Positions 1 to 8,582 of a DNA stretch of 64,000 nt are shown piece by piece (within the stretch, counting starts at the first letter, position 1; each line of letters begins with the position of its first letter). Below the pieces are notes generated by a model. It worked only from the letters and a program-made list of their open reading frames with translations, did not search any database and was not told the DNA's origin. The position numbers and the translations under genes are program-made. This stretch comes from a virus: IMG/VR virus record IMGVR_UViG_3300048903_000225; one strand, written 5' to 3'.

Positions 1-138
1 CCCTCGCCAGCTTGGCTACGTCCACGGCATGATGAATGGCTCCCGAACGCGGACCGGGAGACACGCGGCACCCAATGAAGCGGTGTCGCGTGCAGGAAGC
101 TCCATCAACGTGGTCCTAGCCAACAAAAGGAGACGCCT

Positions 139-219
139 ATGCCCGCGCCGGCCAAAACCGGCACCGCAAGCCAGCTTGCGGCAGGGAAGACCATGCGGAG
201 TGAGACCGCGCCACGATAG
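139..219 (+). CDS. Putative 26-aa micro-ORF (MPAPAKTGTASQLAAGKTMRSETAPR)
   Basis: AAAGGAG Shine-Dalgarno 6 nt before ATG139; stop TAG at 217-219. Confidence 0.35.
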   Translation: MPAPAKTGTASQLAAGKTMRSETAPR

Positions 220-269
220 GCAGATGGTAAGGCAGAATAGCGTCTGATGCCGACGCACACAGAGTATCT

Positions 270-391
270 AGCCCCTAAATGGCACCCGAAACCAAGTGCA
301 AGACCACGCTGCGCAAGTCACTGGTCTTAAACATTTAAGTCCTGATAAGACCTGAGCTGTGACTATACTGTCACAGCTCTAGCCTCATCAG
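270..391 (+). repeat. Structured composite repeat, copy 1
   Basis: AGCCCCTnnnTGGCACCCGAAACCAAGTGC (270-299), GTCCTGATAAGACCT (339-353), hairpin GAGCTGTGAC/GTCACAGCTC, TAGCCTCATCAG (380-391); same blocks recur in 501-725. Confidence 0.85.
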
Positions 392-399
392 GAGGTAAT

Positions 400-471
400 A
401 TGATCGACGACCATCAACGACATTTCGACGAGACCAGCCTGCATGTGTCGGCCCACGCCGGTAGCGCGTGA
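400..471 (+). CDS. Putative 23-aa micro-ORF (MIDDHQRHFDETSLHVSAHAGSA)
   Basis: GGAGG directly after repeat copy 1, ATG400, TGA 469-471. Confidence 0.4.
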   Translation: MIDDHQRHFDETSLHVSAHAGSA

Positions 472-500
472 TCATGCAGGGTGCGAAGGCCGTACATCAC

Positions 501-725
501 AGCCCCTGTTTGGCACCCGAAACCAAGTGCGAAGGGCGTTCCACCTGGTCCACGACGTATCCTACCGCCACAGCGCGGCTAGGCGTGAGTGGACAGCGTA
601 GGCTGACCCGAAATTTCTACCCGTCCTGATAAGACCTGACGGGCCTGCGAGCCAAAGCAAGCGCCCACGCCGTACTGAGCGTGGGTCGAGAATGCGGCAG
701 TATCAGACCCGTCTAGCCTCATCAG
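501..725 (+). repeat. Structured composite repeat, copy 2
   Basis: AGCCCCTgttTGGCACCCGAAACCAAGTGC (501-530), GTCCTGATAAGACCT (623-637), stem GACGGG/CCCGTC, TAGCCTCATCAG (714-725), then AAGGAG and ATG740. Confidence 0.85.
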
Positions 726-739
726 CCAAGGAGCATAAC

Positions 740-931
740 ATGCTGATCCACAAGGCTGTTTCCGGCAGCTATACCGGAATGGGTCCGACCCGCGCCGCGG
801 CGATGCAGGCGCTCCTCACCCAGCTCGACGTCGACTGCATCCCCGTCGTCACGATGCCGCTGCCCACGTTCTCCACCTGCGAGATCGTGCCGCACCGCGT
901 CGACAACATGATCGAGGTGATCCGTGTCTAA
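740..931 (+). CDS. Hypothetical early protein (63 aa)
   Basis: AAGGAG SD before ATG740; overlaps next gene. Confidence 0.65.
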   Translation: MLIHKAVSGSYTGMGPTRAAAMQALLTQLDVDCIPVVTMPLPTFSTCEIVPHRVDNMIEVIRV

Positions 932-1310
932 GCCCGAACCCACGTCGATCGACCACCACGTCCTTCGCAACGTCGAGCATATCGATAACACGAACGACCT
1001 GTGGCTCGCGGAGGCGACGCGCGCCGTGAAGAACCCCGGCAAGGGCGACTACATGGTCGTCCTCATCGGACCGGGCACGCACAACGACCGCCACACCACC
1101 TTCCTCGATGACGAGGGCAGCTACACGCTGCGCGGCTATCTCAAGCCGTTCGGCTTCCAGCGTTTCAAGGTCTCGGTCGAGTCGCCCAGCCGCAACTACG
1201 ACACGCCGTGGGTCGCCGCCCACCACGCCATTGTCTACGCGACCGACTTCGCCACGGCGCGCCGGCTGCTGATCGTCCTCGCGAAGGAGCTTTGCTATGA
1301 CAGAACTTAG
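924..1310 (+). CDS. Hypothetical protein
   Basis: 128-aa ORF with high GC3, overlapping neighbours. Confidence 0.75.
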   Translation: MSKPEPTSIDHHVLRNVEHIDNTNDLWLAEATRAVKNPGKGDYMVVLIGPGTHNDRHTTFLDDEGSYTLRGYLKPFGFQRFKVSVESPSRNYDTPWVAAHHAIVYATDFATARRLLIVLAKELCYDRT

Positions 1311-1785
1311 GCAGGGCAAGGGCGACACCCTTGTCAAGATCAAGGCGATCGGCAGCGGCTACCTCAATATCGACTCGCGCCGCATAGGCTATCCCATCAC
1401 AGTGCGCGTGGACGATGAGTTTTTGGAGTTCATCGCCTACAGTCGCTATGTTGATGGGGTCGTAGCGCGTGGTCCCCACAATGTGCTGACCTTCGAGAGT
1501 TGGCGCAACATGCCTAAGGGTACGAGCGAGCAATGGCGCAGCCAGTTTGACGCGATGCAGGCCCGCGCGATGCGCGCCGAAGAGCTGGGCATCAAGCTGC
1601 TCGATTTCGTCCTGCGCATCTCGGCATCCAACCCGGCCCACAACGCCAGCGCCGGTCTCGCAGCTCAGCTGCTCGAAGACCACGGCATCGAGCCGCGCGA
1701 GGGCTTCTTCCACACCCAAGACGCTGGCCTCGCCGACGCAAGGAGCAAGTTCTATGACGCTACACGTCCCCGACCGACTGGTTGA
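1297..1785 (+). CDS. Hypothetical protein
   Basis: AGGAG SD, 162-aa ORF in tandem array. Confidence 0.75.
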   Translation: MTELRQGKGDTLVKIKAIGSGYLNIDSRRIGYPITVRVDDEFLEFIAYSRYVDGVVARGPHNVLTFESWRNMPKGTSEQWRSQFDAMQARAMRAEELGIKLLDFVLRISASNPAHNASAGLAAQLLEDHGIEPREGFFHTQDAGLADARSKFYDATRPRPTG

Positions 1786-2134
1786 TCTGTTCGGCAGAGG
1801 CCAACCCACGCACACGCTGCGTGGCATCAACATCTCCAGCCGCTCCGGCCTTACCTATTGCGAGATCGCGCTGGGAACGTCGGGCAGGCAGAAAACATGG
1901 TATCCGGCCGCGCTCTACCGCGCCACGATCGACGATCCCGCCTACAGGGCGGAGCGTTGGGCGATTGTCGGCGAGGTGAAGCCGACGGTCCAATACCGCG
2001 GCCAGTTCAAGGTCTACGCCGTGAAGTGGTTCAACCCCGGTCGCCCTCTCGAAGCTCGGCTGACGCTCAATGACGACGCCCAAGCCTTTGCTTTCATGCA
2101 ACATATTCTGGAGGCATGGTATGTCCGCTCCTGA
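1754..2134 (+). CDS. Hypothetical protein (start MTLHVPDRL)
   Basis: AGGAG at 1741-1745 before ATG1754. Confidence 0.7.
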   Translation: MTLHVPDRLVDLFGRGQPTHTLRGINISSRSGLTYCEIALGTSGRQKTWYPAALYRATIDDPAYRAERWAIVGEVKPTVQYRGQFKVYAVKWFNPGRPLEARLTLNDDAQAFAFMQHILEAWYVRS

Positions 2135-2531
2135 ACCGTCCGAAGGACCGCTCCACCACCGCTGGGGTCCATACATCCGCAACATCCAGCTCATCGCCGA
2201 TGGCTACTGGCTCGTCGAGGGCCAGCGCGGGCGCAAGGGCACCGGCAAGGTCTGGTATCCGACGATCATCCGCGCCCACCGGCGCGCCGGCCAGCCGCTC
2301 CTCGATCACAACGGCAAGCCCTATACCACTGGCGCCGGCGACAGTATCCACCCCAATTTCGAGGACGTGGGCGTCGTCAAGCCGAGCCAGTCCGCCTACC
2401 GCGCCGACTGGAAGGCGCAGCTGTGGGGCGAGAACGCGGACGAGAAGCGCATCTACTGCGAAGCCTACTGCGCCACCGAGCTGGCCGGCATCCAGTTCCT
2501 GACGCGCAATTGTCCGGGGTTCTTCCTATGA
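2121..2531 (+). CDS. Hypothetical protein (start MSAPEPSEG)
   Basis: GGAGG SD before ATG2121; high GC3. Confidence 0.7.
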   Translation: MSAPEPSEGPLHHRWGPYIRNIQLIADGYWLVEGQRGRKGTGKVWYPTIIRAHRRAGQPLLDHNGKPYTTGAGDSIHPNFEDVGVVKPSQSAYRADWKAQLWGENADEKRIYCEAYCATELAGIQFLTRNCPGFFL

Positions 2532-2848
2532 ACACGCCACCGCCCAACAACCCGATCCGCTGGGCGCCGCAGAAGCGCAAGCACTGGGCCAACCCGCAAG
2601 AACTCAAGCCTCGCGTCTGGCTTGTCGAGGAAGGCTCCGGTCCCAAGGCCACTTCGCGCAGCCTGGCCGTCGTCCGAGAGACACCCCACGGCTGGATCTA
2701 TTTCGGCACCATCACGATCCGCTACCGCATGGCGAAGATGGAGGTGCCCTACCAGAACCTGCGCTCGTGGCGCATCGAGGGACCCCTCGACATCATCCCT
2801 GAGCTGCGCGCCGAGCTGCTCCGCATCGCGATGGAGTTCGCCCCATGA
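2528..2848 (+). CDS. Hypothetical protein
   Basis: ATGA overlaps at both ends. Confidence 0.7.
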   Translation: MNTPPPNNPIRWAPQKRKHWANPQELKPRVWLVEEGSGPKATSRSLAVVRETPHGWIYFGTITIRYRMAKMEVPYQNLRSWRIEGPLDIIPELRAELLRIAMEFAP

Positions 2849-3051
2849 TCTACCTCGTCATCGGCCCGAGCGAGCTGACCTACCACGACACGGCCACCGA
2901 GGCCGCGCTCAAGATCGGAAAGCCGAAGTGGGACTGCGCCGCAACCGCCATCGTCATCCGCTCGCTCAGCCCCGGCGACGAGCTGGACGTTGGCCCTGAC
3001 ACCTCGGTCATCTGTCTGACGGGGAAGAACGAATGCTTGCCGCCTTCCTGA
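2845..3051 (+). CDS. Hypothetical protein (68 aa)
   Basis: ATGA overlap with upstream gene. Confidence 0.6.
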   Translation: MIYLVIGPSELTYHDTATEAALKIGKPKWDCAATAIVIRSLSPGDELDVGPDTSVICLTGKNECLPPS

Positions 3052-3212
3052 TGGGCTTCGCCCTCAAGCTGATCATGACGATCAGCCACGTCGCCGATAA
3101 CGTCAACCGCGGACGCAAGCTGAAGCACGTCAGCGTGGGGACGATCCTCGGCACCGCAACCGCTTTCGGCCTGATCTTCATGGCCGTTCTCTATCTGTGG
3201 AGGCTCCTGTGA
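3033..3212 (+). CDS. Small membrane protein
   Basis: MLAAFLMGFALKL...FGLIFMAVLYLWRLL; C-terminal hydrophobic helix; GTGA overlap with next gene. Confidence 0.55.
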   Translation: MLAAFLMGFALKLIMTISHVADNVNRGRKLKHVSVGTILGTATAFGLIFMAVLYLWRLL

Positions 3213-3586
3213 ACCAGCTCTCATGGCTCATCTACCTCGCGGGCGTTGCGAACTACCTGTCCGGGTGGTTCATCGCCTTCGCGATCGTCACGTTCGTGCT
3301 GACCATCGCGGTGGTCGTGTGGACGCTGTCCTCGCTCGACCAGACCACCGGCAGGCCGCCGCGCGTGCTGTGGATTTCGGTCCCGCTCTTCATCTTCTTC
3401 CTGATCGGCAGCTGCATCGTGCCCGACCGCCAGACCGTGCTCGCCATAGCCGCGAGCCAGCTCGGCGAGGCCGCGCTGCACGACCCGCGCGTCAACACGA
3501 CCGCGAACAAGGCTTTCGACGCGCTCAACCACTGGCTCGACCAGCAGAGCAAGCCGGACACGCCTTCCAAGAAGGACGACGACTGA
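3209..3586 (+). CDS. Membrane protein (two or more TM segments)
   Basis: GGAGG SD, GTG start; hydrophobic WFIAFAIVTFVLTIAVVVW and LWISVPLFIFFLIGSCIV. Confidence 0.75.
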   Translation: MNQLSWLIYLAGVANYLSGWFIAFAIVTFVLTIAVVVWTLSSLDQTTGRPPRVLWISVPLFIFFLIGSCIVPDRQTVLAIAASQLGEAALHDPRVNTTANKAFDALNHWLDQQSKPDTPSKKDDD

Positions 3587-3903
3587 TGGACTACCATCGC
3601 ACCTCCAGCTGGCTCGGCATCGTTCGCCGCGTCGACAACGCCACCTGCAAGGCCGGGCACATCCGCGTGCTCGGCTCGCTGGTCTATTTCTACAACCAGA
3701 TCAACGCCGAGTGGGCGCTCCACCGCGTCTGGACGATCCTCGGCCTGATCGCCATTCACCACGTCGGCGAGGGTAAGTCGACCTGCGAACCCGGCTGGTA
3801 CTTCCGCCTCGCCGGCATGCGCTTCGAGCGCGGCTACCACCAGCTCTCGATCAAGTGGTTCCCGGCGGACATGTACAACGCGATCAAGCCGCGCTGGTAT
3901 TGA
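3586..3903 (+). CDS. Hypothetical protein (start MDYHRTSSW)
   Basis: TGATG coupling with upstream gene. Confidence 0.65.
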   Translation: MDYHRTSSWLGIVRRVDNATCKAGHIRVLGSLVYFYNQINAEWALHRVWTILGLIAIHHVGEGKSTCEPGWYFRLAGMRFERGYHQLSIKWFPADMYNAIKPRWY

Positions 3904-3928
3904 CATCTTCAACCGGAGTTCTAGAACT
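3900..3928 (+). promoter_or_regulatory. Candidate sigma70-type promoter
   Basis: TTGACA (3900-3905), 16 nt, TAGAAC(T); TTGACATCTnCAAC recurs at 23428. Confidence 0.45.
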
Positions 3929-3953
3929 CCCTCTCCAACCACAGGAGACCCTC

Positions 3954-4118
3954 GTGTCCAGTATGCTCCGCAACATGCAGCGCGCCGCCAATCGCAAGAC
4001 CGGCAAGGTCCACTTCGGCGACAAGCTGGGGTTCAAGAACCCCAACGCCACGACCAAGCTCCACAGCCACGCCCGTGCGATGGCTTCCCTCCGCTCCGTT
4101 CTGGAGAAGCGCCCGTGA
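3954..4118 (+). CDS. Small basic hypothetical protein
   Basis: CAGGAG SD before GTG3954. Confidence 0.55.
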   Translation: MSSMLRNMQRAANRKTGKVHFGDKLGFKNPNATTKLHSHARAMASLRSVLEKRP

Positions 4119-4255
4119 TCGTCTCGCCCTACCGCACCACCGTCACCGCCGAGCACCAGACGACGGGCAAGCGCATCGCGCCGTCCCTGCGCAACGGCCG
4201 CGCCTCTCCCAACCTCGCGCCGCACCACCGCGCGCTGGAGAAGAAGGATGCCTGA
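4115..4255 (+). CDS. Small hypothetical protein (46 aa)
   Basis: GTGA overlap; fills gap in operon. Confidence 0.45.
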   Translation: MIVSPYRTTVTAEHQTTGKRIAPSLRNGRASPNLAPHHRALEKKDA

Positions 4256-4481
4256 GCCGGCCATCCGCGTCCTGCCCCCCGCGCGCAACGTGCAGGGGGC
4301 AATCACCGCTGCCGAGAAGCAGGGCTTCACCGTCGCCAATCTCACGATGGTGAGCGGCAACAGTCACAAGGCCTTCCGCATTCGCGACGTCCTCGACGAC
4401 GCGCTGCTCGGTTCCGCGCCTGACGGCCGCCCGCTGATCGTCCTGCTCGTCAATGTCGAGACGATCGAGTTCGTGGCATGA
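4248..4481 (+). CDS. Hypothetical protein
   Basis: 77-aa ORF overlapping neighbours. Confidence 0.6.
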   Translation: MPEPAIRVLPPARNVQGAITAAEKQGFTVANLTMVSGNSHKAFRIRDVLDDALLGSAPDGRPLIVLLVNVETIEFVA

Positions 4482-4681
4482 GCACGATCGACGCCGCGCT
4501 GGAGTGTTTGGCGGCCATGCGCCGCCACAACGTCTCCGGCACCGGCGCGGTCCATGATCGGCACGGCGGCGTCGCGTTCGGCCGGATGGTCTGTCCTGCG
4601 CCGCCCCAGCAGCTTCCAAAAGCGCAGCGCGCTGCCGTTGTCTCTGACTTCACGAACGGAGGACTTCCTCCGGTCGATTAA
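4478..4681 (+). CDS. Hypothetical protein
   Basis: ATGA overlap; 67 aa. Confidence 0.5.
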   Translation: MSTIDAALECLAAMRRHNVSGTGAVHDRHGGVAFGRMVCPAPPQQLPKAQRAAVVSDFTNGGLPPVD

Positions 4682-4700
4682 TCTCCATCGGAGAAATCCA

Positions 4701-5117
4701 ATGATCTCCTTCGACCAAGCCCGCAAGGCACTCGACCGCTTGGGCATCACCATGTCCAACCTCCAGCTGAACAACCTGCTCAACGAGCTGCTCCCGAACC
4801 CGCAGTCCGGGTTCGGCTGCGGCGGCGTGAACGTGTGGGGCGACAGCAAGTCGATCGCCGCCGTCCAGCAGTGGCATCACGACAGCACTGCCGTCGTCCC
4901 TTCGCTGCGCACCTGCTTCGACCAGACGCGCGCCGGGCAGGCGATCGACATCGCGGTCCAGCATGGCGGCCACGACGGCGCGCACCACAAGGACTGGGTC
5001 ATCGACCAGATGGTTCGCGTCCTCGCAGGCGACGACTACGACAAGATCGTGGCTGATGCCTGTGCCGGTGAGGATGGGCCGAACACCTACACATGGGAAG
5101 TGGGGATTGCGCCATGA
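4701..5117 (+). CDS. Phage hypothetical protein (DGAHHKDWVIDQMVR motif)
   Basis: GGAGA SD before ATG4701; C-terminal motif resembles a recurrent phage family of unknown function. Confidence 0.75.
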   Translation: MISFDQARKALDRLGITMSNLQLNNLLNELLPNPQSGFGCGGVNVWGDSKSIAAVQQWHHDSTAVVPSLRTCFDQTRAGQAIDIAVQHGGHDGAHHKDWVIDQMVRVLAGDDYDKIVADACAGEDGPNTYTWEVGIAP

Positions 5118-5380
5118 CCGAGTATGTCGAGACCTTCCATATCAACGACGCCACTTACGGCATCGAAGATGTCGGCGATGGCTTCTTCAAGTGCTGGAAG
5201 AGCGGCTGTGCGATCTACACCGCCGATGATATCGCCGCAGCTCGTAAGATCCTGCACCAATACGCTTGCAGTCAGGCGAGGGCCGAGATCGGTACTTATC
5301 AGCGGCTCGTCGACCGCGCGACCAGCGCGCTGGAGAAGCTGGGGAATGATCCCTTTAACCTCGGAAGGTTCAGGGTGTGA
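5114..5380 (+). CDS. Hypothetical protein
   Basis: ATGA overlap. Confidence 0.65.
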   Translation: MTEYVETFHINDATYGIEDVGDGFFKCWKSGCAIYTADDIAAARKILHQYACSQARAEIGTYQRLVDRATSALEKLGNDPFNLGRFRV

Positions 5381-5580
5381 GCCAGTACGTCACCCTCATC
5401 GGCGTCGAGGACGTCAGCCGCGCCGGCCACAACATGCAGCACGCGGCGTCCGAGATGTCCTCCGCCGCGTCGTCGATCGCTCACACACTGGAAATGCACC
5501 AGCGCTTCATGGACGACTGGCTCGTCCGCTTCGAGGAGGTCATGAAGAATGGCAAAGATCTTCCTTCCGCCGCTGGATAG
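5377..5580 (+). CDS. Small helical hypothetical protein
   Basis: GTGA overlap; MSQYVTLIGVEDVSRAG... Confidence 0.65.
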   Translation: MSQYVTLIGVEDVSRAGHNMQHAASEMSSAASSIAHTLEMHQRFMDDWLVRFEEVMKNGKDLPSAAG

Positions 5581-6016
5581 CCGCTGGCGCCTCGTCCACG
5601 ACTGGACGCCGAGCGAGGCCTTCTTCGCGGACTTCGACAACAAGGAGACGTTGTGGGGCACCGAGAAATACGGTGATTACAACCGCTTCACCGAAGAGAC
5701 CGGTATCTCGACCGATGGCGATGCGGGCGGCCCGGACGGATGGGTCGCCAAGATGCAGCTCTGGGAAAAGCAGAAGCGCATCGAGCGCGGCTTCGACGGC
5801 ACCATCCCGGCCGGTACTATCATCCAGATCGAGCGCTACCACGTCAGCCGCTCCGGCGAGAACCAGATCACCATCAAGGTGCTGCTCTCGCCGAGCAAGT
5901 TCCTCACCCCCAAGAAGCAGAAGGGCGTGATGCGCGGAGCCGGCCGCCTGTATTTCAGGCTGGACGATTTCAACACGCTGCCCGAGCTGGAGGAGTTCAC
6001 CGATGTCCTTTCTTGA
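5549..6016 (+). CDS. Hypothetical protein
   Basis: GAGGAGG SD; 155 aa, high GC3. Confidence 0.75.
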   Translation: MAKIFLPPLDSRWRLVHDWTPSEAFFADFDNKETLWGTEKYGDYNRFTEETGISTDGDAGGPDGWVAKMQLWEKQKRIERGFDGTIPAGTIIQIERYHVSRSGENQITIKVLLSPSKFLTPKKQKGVMRGAGRLYFRLDDFNTLPELEEFTDVLS

Positions 6017-6605
6017 AGAGGTGCAGGCGCTGGCCGGTGCGCGTGGCATGTCGCCTTCGACTATGCTCGGCAACGGCACCGAGAGTCGTGCGGCGACGAT
6101 GATCCGTCACATGGAGGAAGCCGCTGGCCTCCAGCCGGACAAGCTCCAGCTCGGCGCCCGCTACCGCCGTCTCGCCGCTCTGCGCAAGCTGCCGCGCGCG
6201 AACCTGCTCCTCGTCACCGGCTTCTACAAGGTCGAGACGATGCGGGCCTATCCGCACGTCACCTTCGTCTTCGGCGACAACTGTCAGCGCGTCGGCAAGG
6301 GCGGTCAGGCGATCGTGCGGGACGAGCCGAACGTGCTCGGCGTCGCCACGAAGAAGTCGGGCGGTGAGTTCTTCATCGACGGCGACATCGCCGACATGGG
6401 CCAGATGTGCGAAGACCTGATCGCCGTCGAGAGCCTGCTCCTCGCCGGTCGCAAGGTCGGCATCCCGCTGACCGACGAGGGTCGCATCAGCCTTGGCTGC
6501 GGTCTCGCCGCGCTGCCCTACCACTTCCCCTCTGCGTATGCCTTTTTGGAGGCGTGGCTGCGCAGGATGACCAAGAAGTACCCGACCTCCACCCTCAAGC
6601 TGTGA
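6003..6605 (+). CDS. Hypothetical protein with FVFGDN...GxGGQA domain (macro/SLOG-like nucleotide-binding fold suspected)
   Basis: YPHVTFVFGDNCQRVGKGGQAIVRDEPNVLGVATKK. Confidence 0.7.
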   Translation: MSFLEEVQALAGARGMSPSTMLGNGTESRAATMIRHMEEAAGLQPDKLQLGARYRRLAALRKLPRANLLLVTGFYKVETMRAYPHVTFVFGDNCQRVGKGGQAIVRDEPNVLGVATKKSGGEFFIDGDIADMGQMCEDLIAVESLLLAGRKVGIPLTDEGRISLGCGLAALPYHFPSAYAFLEAWLRRMTKKYPTSTLKL

Positions 6606-6613
6606 GAATAGCC

Positions 6614-8581
6614 ATGACTTTCAAGACCTTCGCCGACGCTGTTCATCAGCGCTATCAGACGCTCACCTCCGGTGAGCTGTTCGTGGTCGATGTCTCCGAC
6701 ATCTTCGCGACCTACCTCGCCGCCTTCCCCGAGGGCACCAATCCGCTGTTCCGCAAGCGCACCGAGCACGATTGCAACTGCTGCAAGCAGTTCATCCGGC
6801 GCCTCGGTTGTGTCGTCGCCTTCGACGAGAGTGGCAACCGTCTGACGGTCTGGGACGATTTCAACACGCTCCCCGAACCCTACGGCACCGTGGCCCGCAC
6901 GCTCGCTGGCGTCGTTCGGCAGGCGCCGATCGTGAGCGTGTTCCGCTCGAAGGAGCGCGCCTACGGCCAGGCCCAGAACTTCGACACCGAGACCAACAAG
7001 CCGTGGCACCACTTCCACGGCCGGGTCGCGGACAAGCACTTCTCGCTCAAGCCCGACGAGGCGCGTGGCATCAAGAACACGATCGCCCACGTCCTGCGCC
7101 GCGGCCTCACCGAGCTGTCCAGCGAGGCGTTCGACACCGTGATCGACCTGATCGAGAGCAATTCGATCTATCGCGGCGCCGAGCACCTGCCGGCGATCAA
7201 GGCGTTCCGCACGCTGCAGCGCGCCCACGATGGTGAAGACTTCATCTGGGCCAATCTCGACAACCCGGCCGCCCGCTTCCGCAACACGGTGATCGGCACG
7301 CTGATCGTCGATCTGTCCGAGGGCACGCCGCTCGACGACGCCGTCCGCATGTTCGAGAGCAAGGTCGCGCCTCAGAACTACAAGCGCACCACGGCGTTGA
7401 TCACGCCGAAGATGATCGAGCAGGCGGTCGCCAAGCTCGGCGATCTGGGCCTCGAAGGCGCCGTCGAGCGTCGCATGGCCGTGATCGAAGACGTCAACGT
7501 GAACGATGTCCTGTTCGTCGACAACGCCGTGCGCGGTCAGATGCAGGGCGGCCTCACCGGCCTGCTGATGGGCGCGGCCAAGCCCAAGACCGTCGACCTC
7601 AAGAACGCCACGTCGATCTCGATCGACGACTTCTTCAAGCTCGACCTCAAGACCGTCGACATCGTCGTGCGCAACAGCCAGCTCGGCAACTTCGTCACGC
7701 TGACGGCGCCCGTCCACCCGGACACCGGCAAGCTGTTCAAGTGGCACAACGACTTCGCGTGGTCCTACGATGGCGAGGTGACCGACTCGATCAAGGCGCG
7801 CGTCAAGGCGGCCGGTGGCCGGATCGACGCCAAGCTGCGCGTCAGCCTTGCGTGGTCGAACTTCGACGATCTCGATCTGCACGTCCGTCACAACGAGACC
7901 GGCGAGCACATCTACTTCTCGTCGAAGCTCGGCGCCCGCACCGGCGGCCAGCTCGATGTGGACATGAACGCCGGCCATGGCTCGACGCGCAACGCGGTCG
8001 AGAACGTGTTCTGGAACGGTCGCCTGACCGACGGCACCTACATCGTCAGCGTCCACAACTTCGCCAAGCGCGAGAGCATCGACATCGGCTTCTCGATGGA
8101 GACCGAGTTCGCCGGGAACATCCAGCAGTTCAGCCATGCTGCCGGTGTTCGCGATCGTGACGAGGTCCATGCGCTCACGATGGTCGTCGCCAAGGGCGCG
8201 CTCGTCAGCGTCACGCCGGCCAAGGGCGTCGTCGGTGGCACCGCTTCCGTCGAGAAGTGGGGCATCCACACCGAGACGCTGGTGCCGGTCGACACGATCA
8301 TGCTGTCGCCGAACCACTGGGACGGCGCCGGAGCGGTCGGCAACAAGCACTGGTTCTTCATCTTGAAGAACTGCAAGAACCCTGATACCGTCCGCGGTAT
8401 CTACAACGAGTTCCTTCGCTCCGACCTCGATCAGCACCGCAAGGTGTTCGAGGTGCTCGGCGCGAAGACCAAGTGCCAGTCGTCGGCAGCGCAGCTGTCC
8501 GGCGTCGGGTTCTCGTCCACCCGTTCGGACGAGGTTACCGTCGTGGTCAATGGTGGCCGCGCCTACAACGTGAGGTTCTGA
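6614..8581 (+). CDS. Large phage protein with YfaP/DUF2135-like C-terminal domain
   Basis: LRVSLAWSNFDDLDLHV...LDVDMN...AVENV...Y.VSVHNF motif; N-terminal HDCNCC; 655 aa. Confidence 0.75.
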   Translation: MTFKTFADAVHQRYQTLTSGELFVVDVSDIFATYLAAFPEGTNPLFRKRTEHDCNCCKQFIRRLGCVVAFDESGNRLTVWDDFNTLPEPYGTVARTLAGVVRQAPIVSVFRSKERAYGQAQNFDTETNKPWHHFHGRVADKHFSLKPDEARGIKNTIAHVLRRGLTELSSEAFDTVIDLIESNSIYRGAEHLPAIKAFRTLQRAHDGEDFIWANLDNPAARFRNTVIGTLIVDLSEGTPLDDAVRMFESKVAPQNYKRTTALITPKMIEQAVAKLGDLGLEGAVERRMAVIEDVNVNDVLFVDNAVRGQMQGGLTGLLMGAAKPKTVDLKNATSISIDDFFKLDLKTVDIVVRNSQLGNFVTLTAPVHPDTGKLFKWHNDFAWSYDGEVTDSIKARVKAAGGRIDAKLRVSLAWSNFDDLDLHVRHNETGEHIYFSSKLGARTGGQLDVDMNAGHGSTRNAVENVFWNGRLTDGTYIVSVHNFAKRESIDIGFSMETEFAGNIQQFSHAAGVRDRDEVHALTMVVAKGALVSVTPAKGVVGGTASVEKWGIHTETLVPVDTIMLSPNHWDGAGAVGNKHWFFILKNCKNPDTVRGIYNEFLRSDLDQHRKVFEVLGAKTKCQSSAAQLSGVGFSSTRSDEVTVVVNGGRAYNVRF

Positions 8582-8582
8582 C

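Noticed and set aside
270-725. Hammerhead ribozyme reading of the left repeats (CTGATAAG, CTGATGAG on minus strand, CGAAAC)
   Set aside because: Plus strand has CUGAUAA not CUGANGA, no stem I, and GUG at the would-be cleavage site; on the minus strand the stem after CUGAUGAG is not followed by GAAA.
270-725. CRISPR array or integron attC sites
   Set aside because: Only two composite copies, no regular spacer period, no cas or integrase gene, and no RYYYAAC/GTTRRRY ends. No CRISPR array was seen anywhere in the window.
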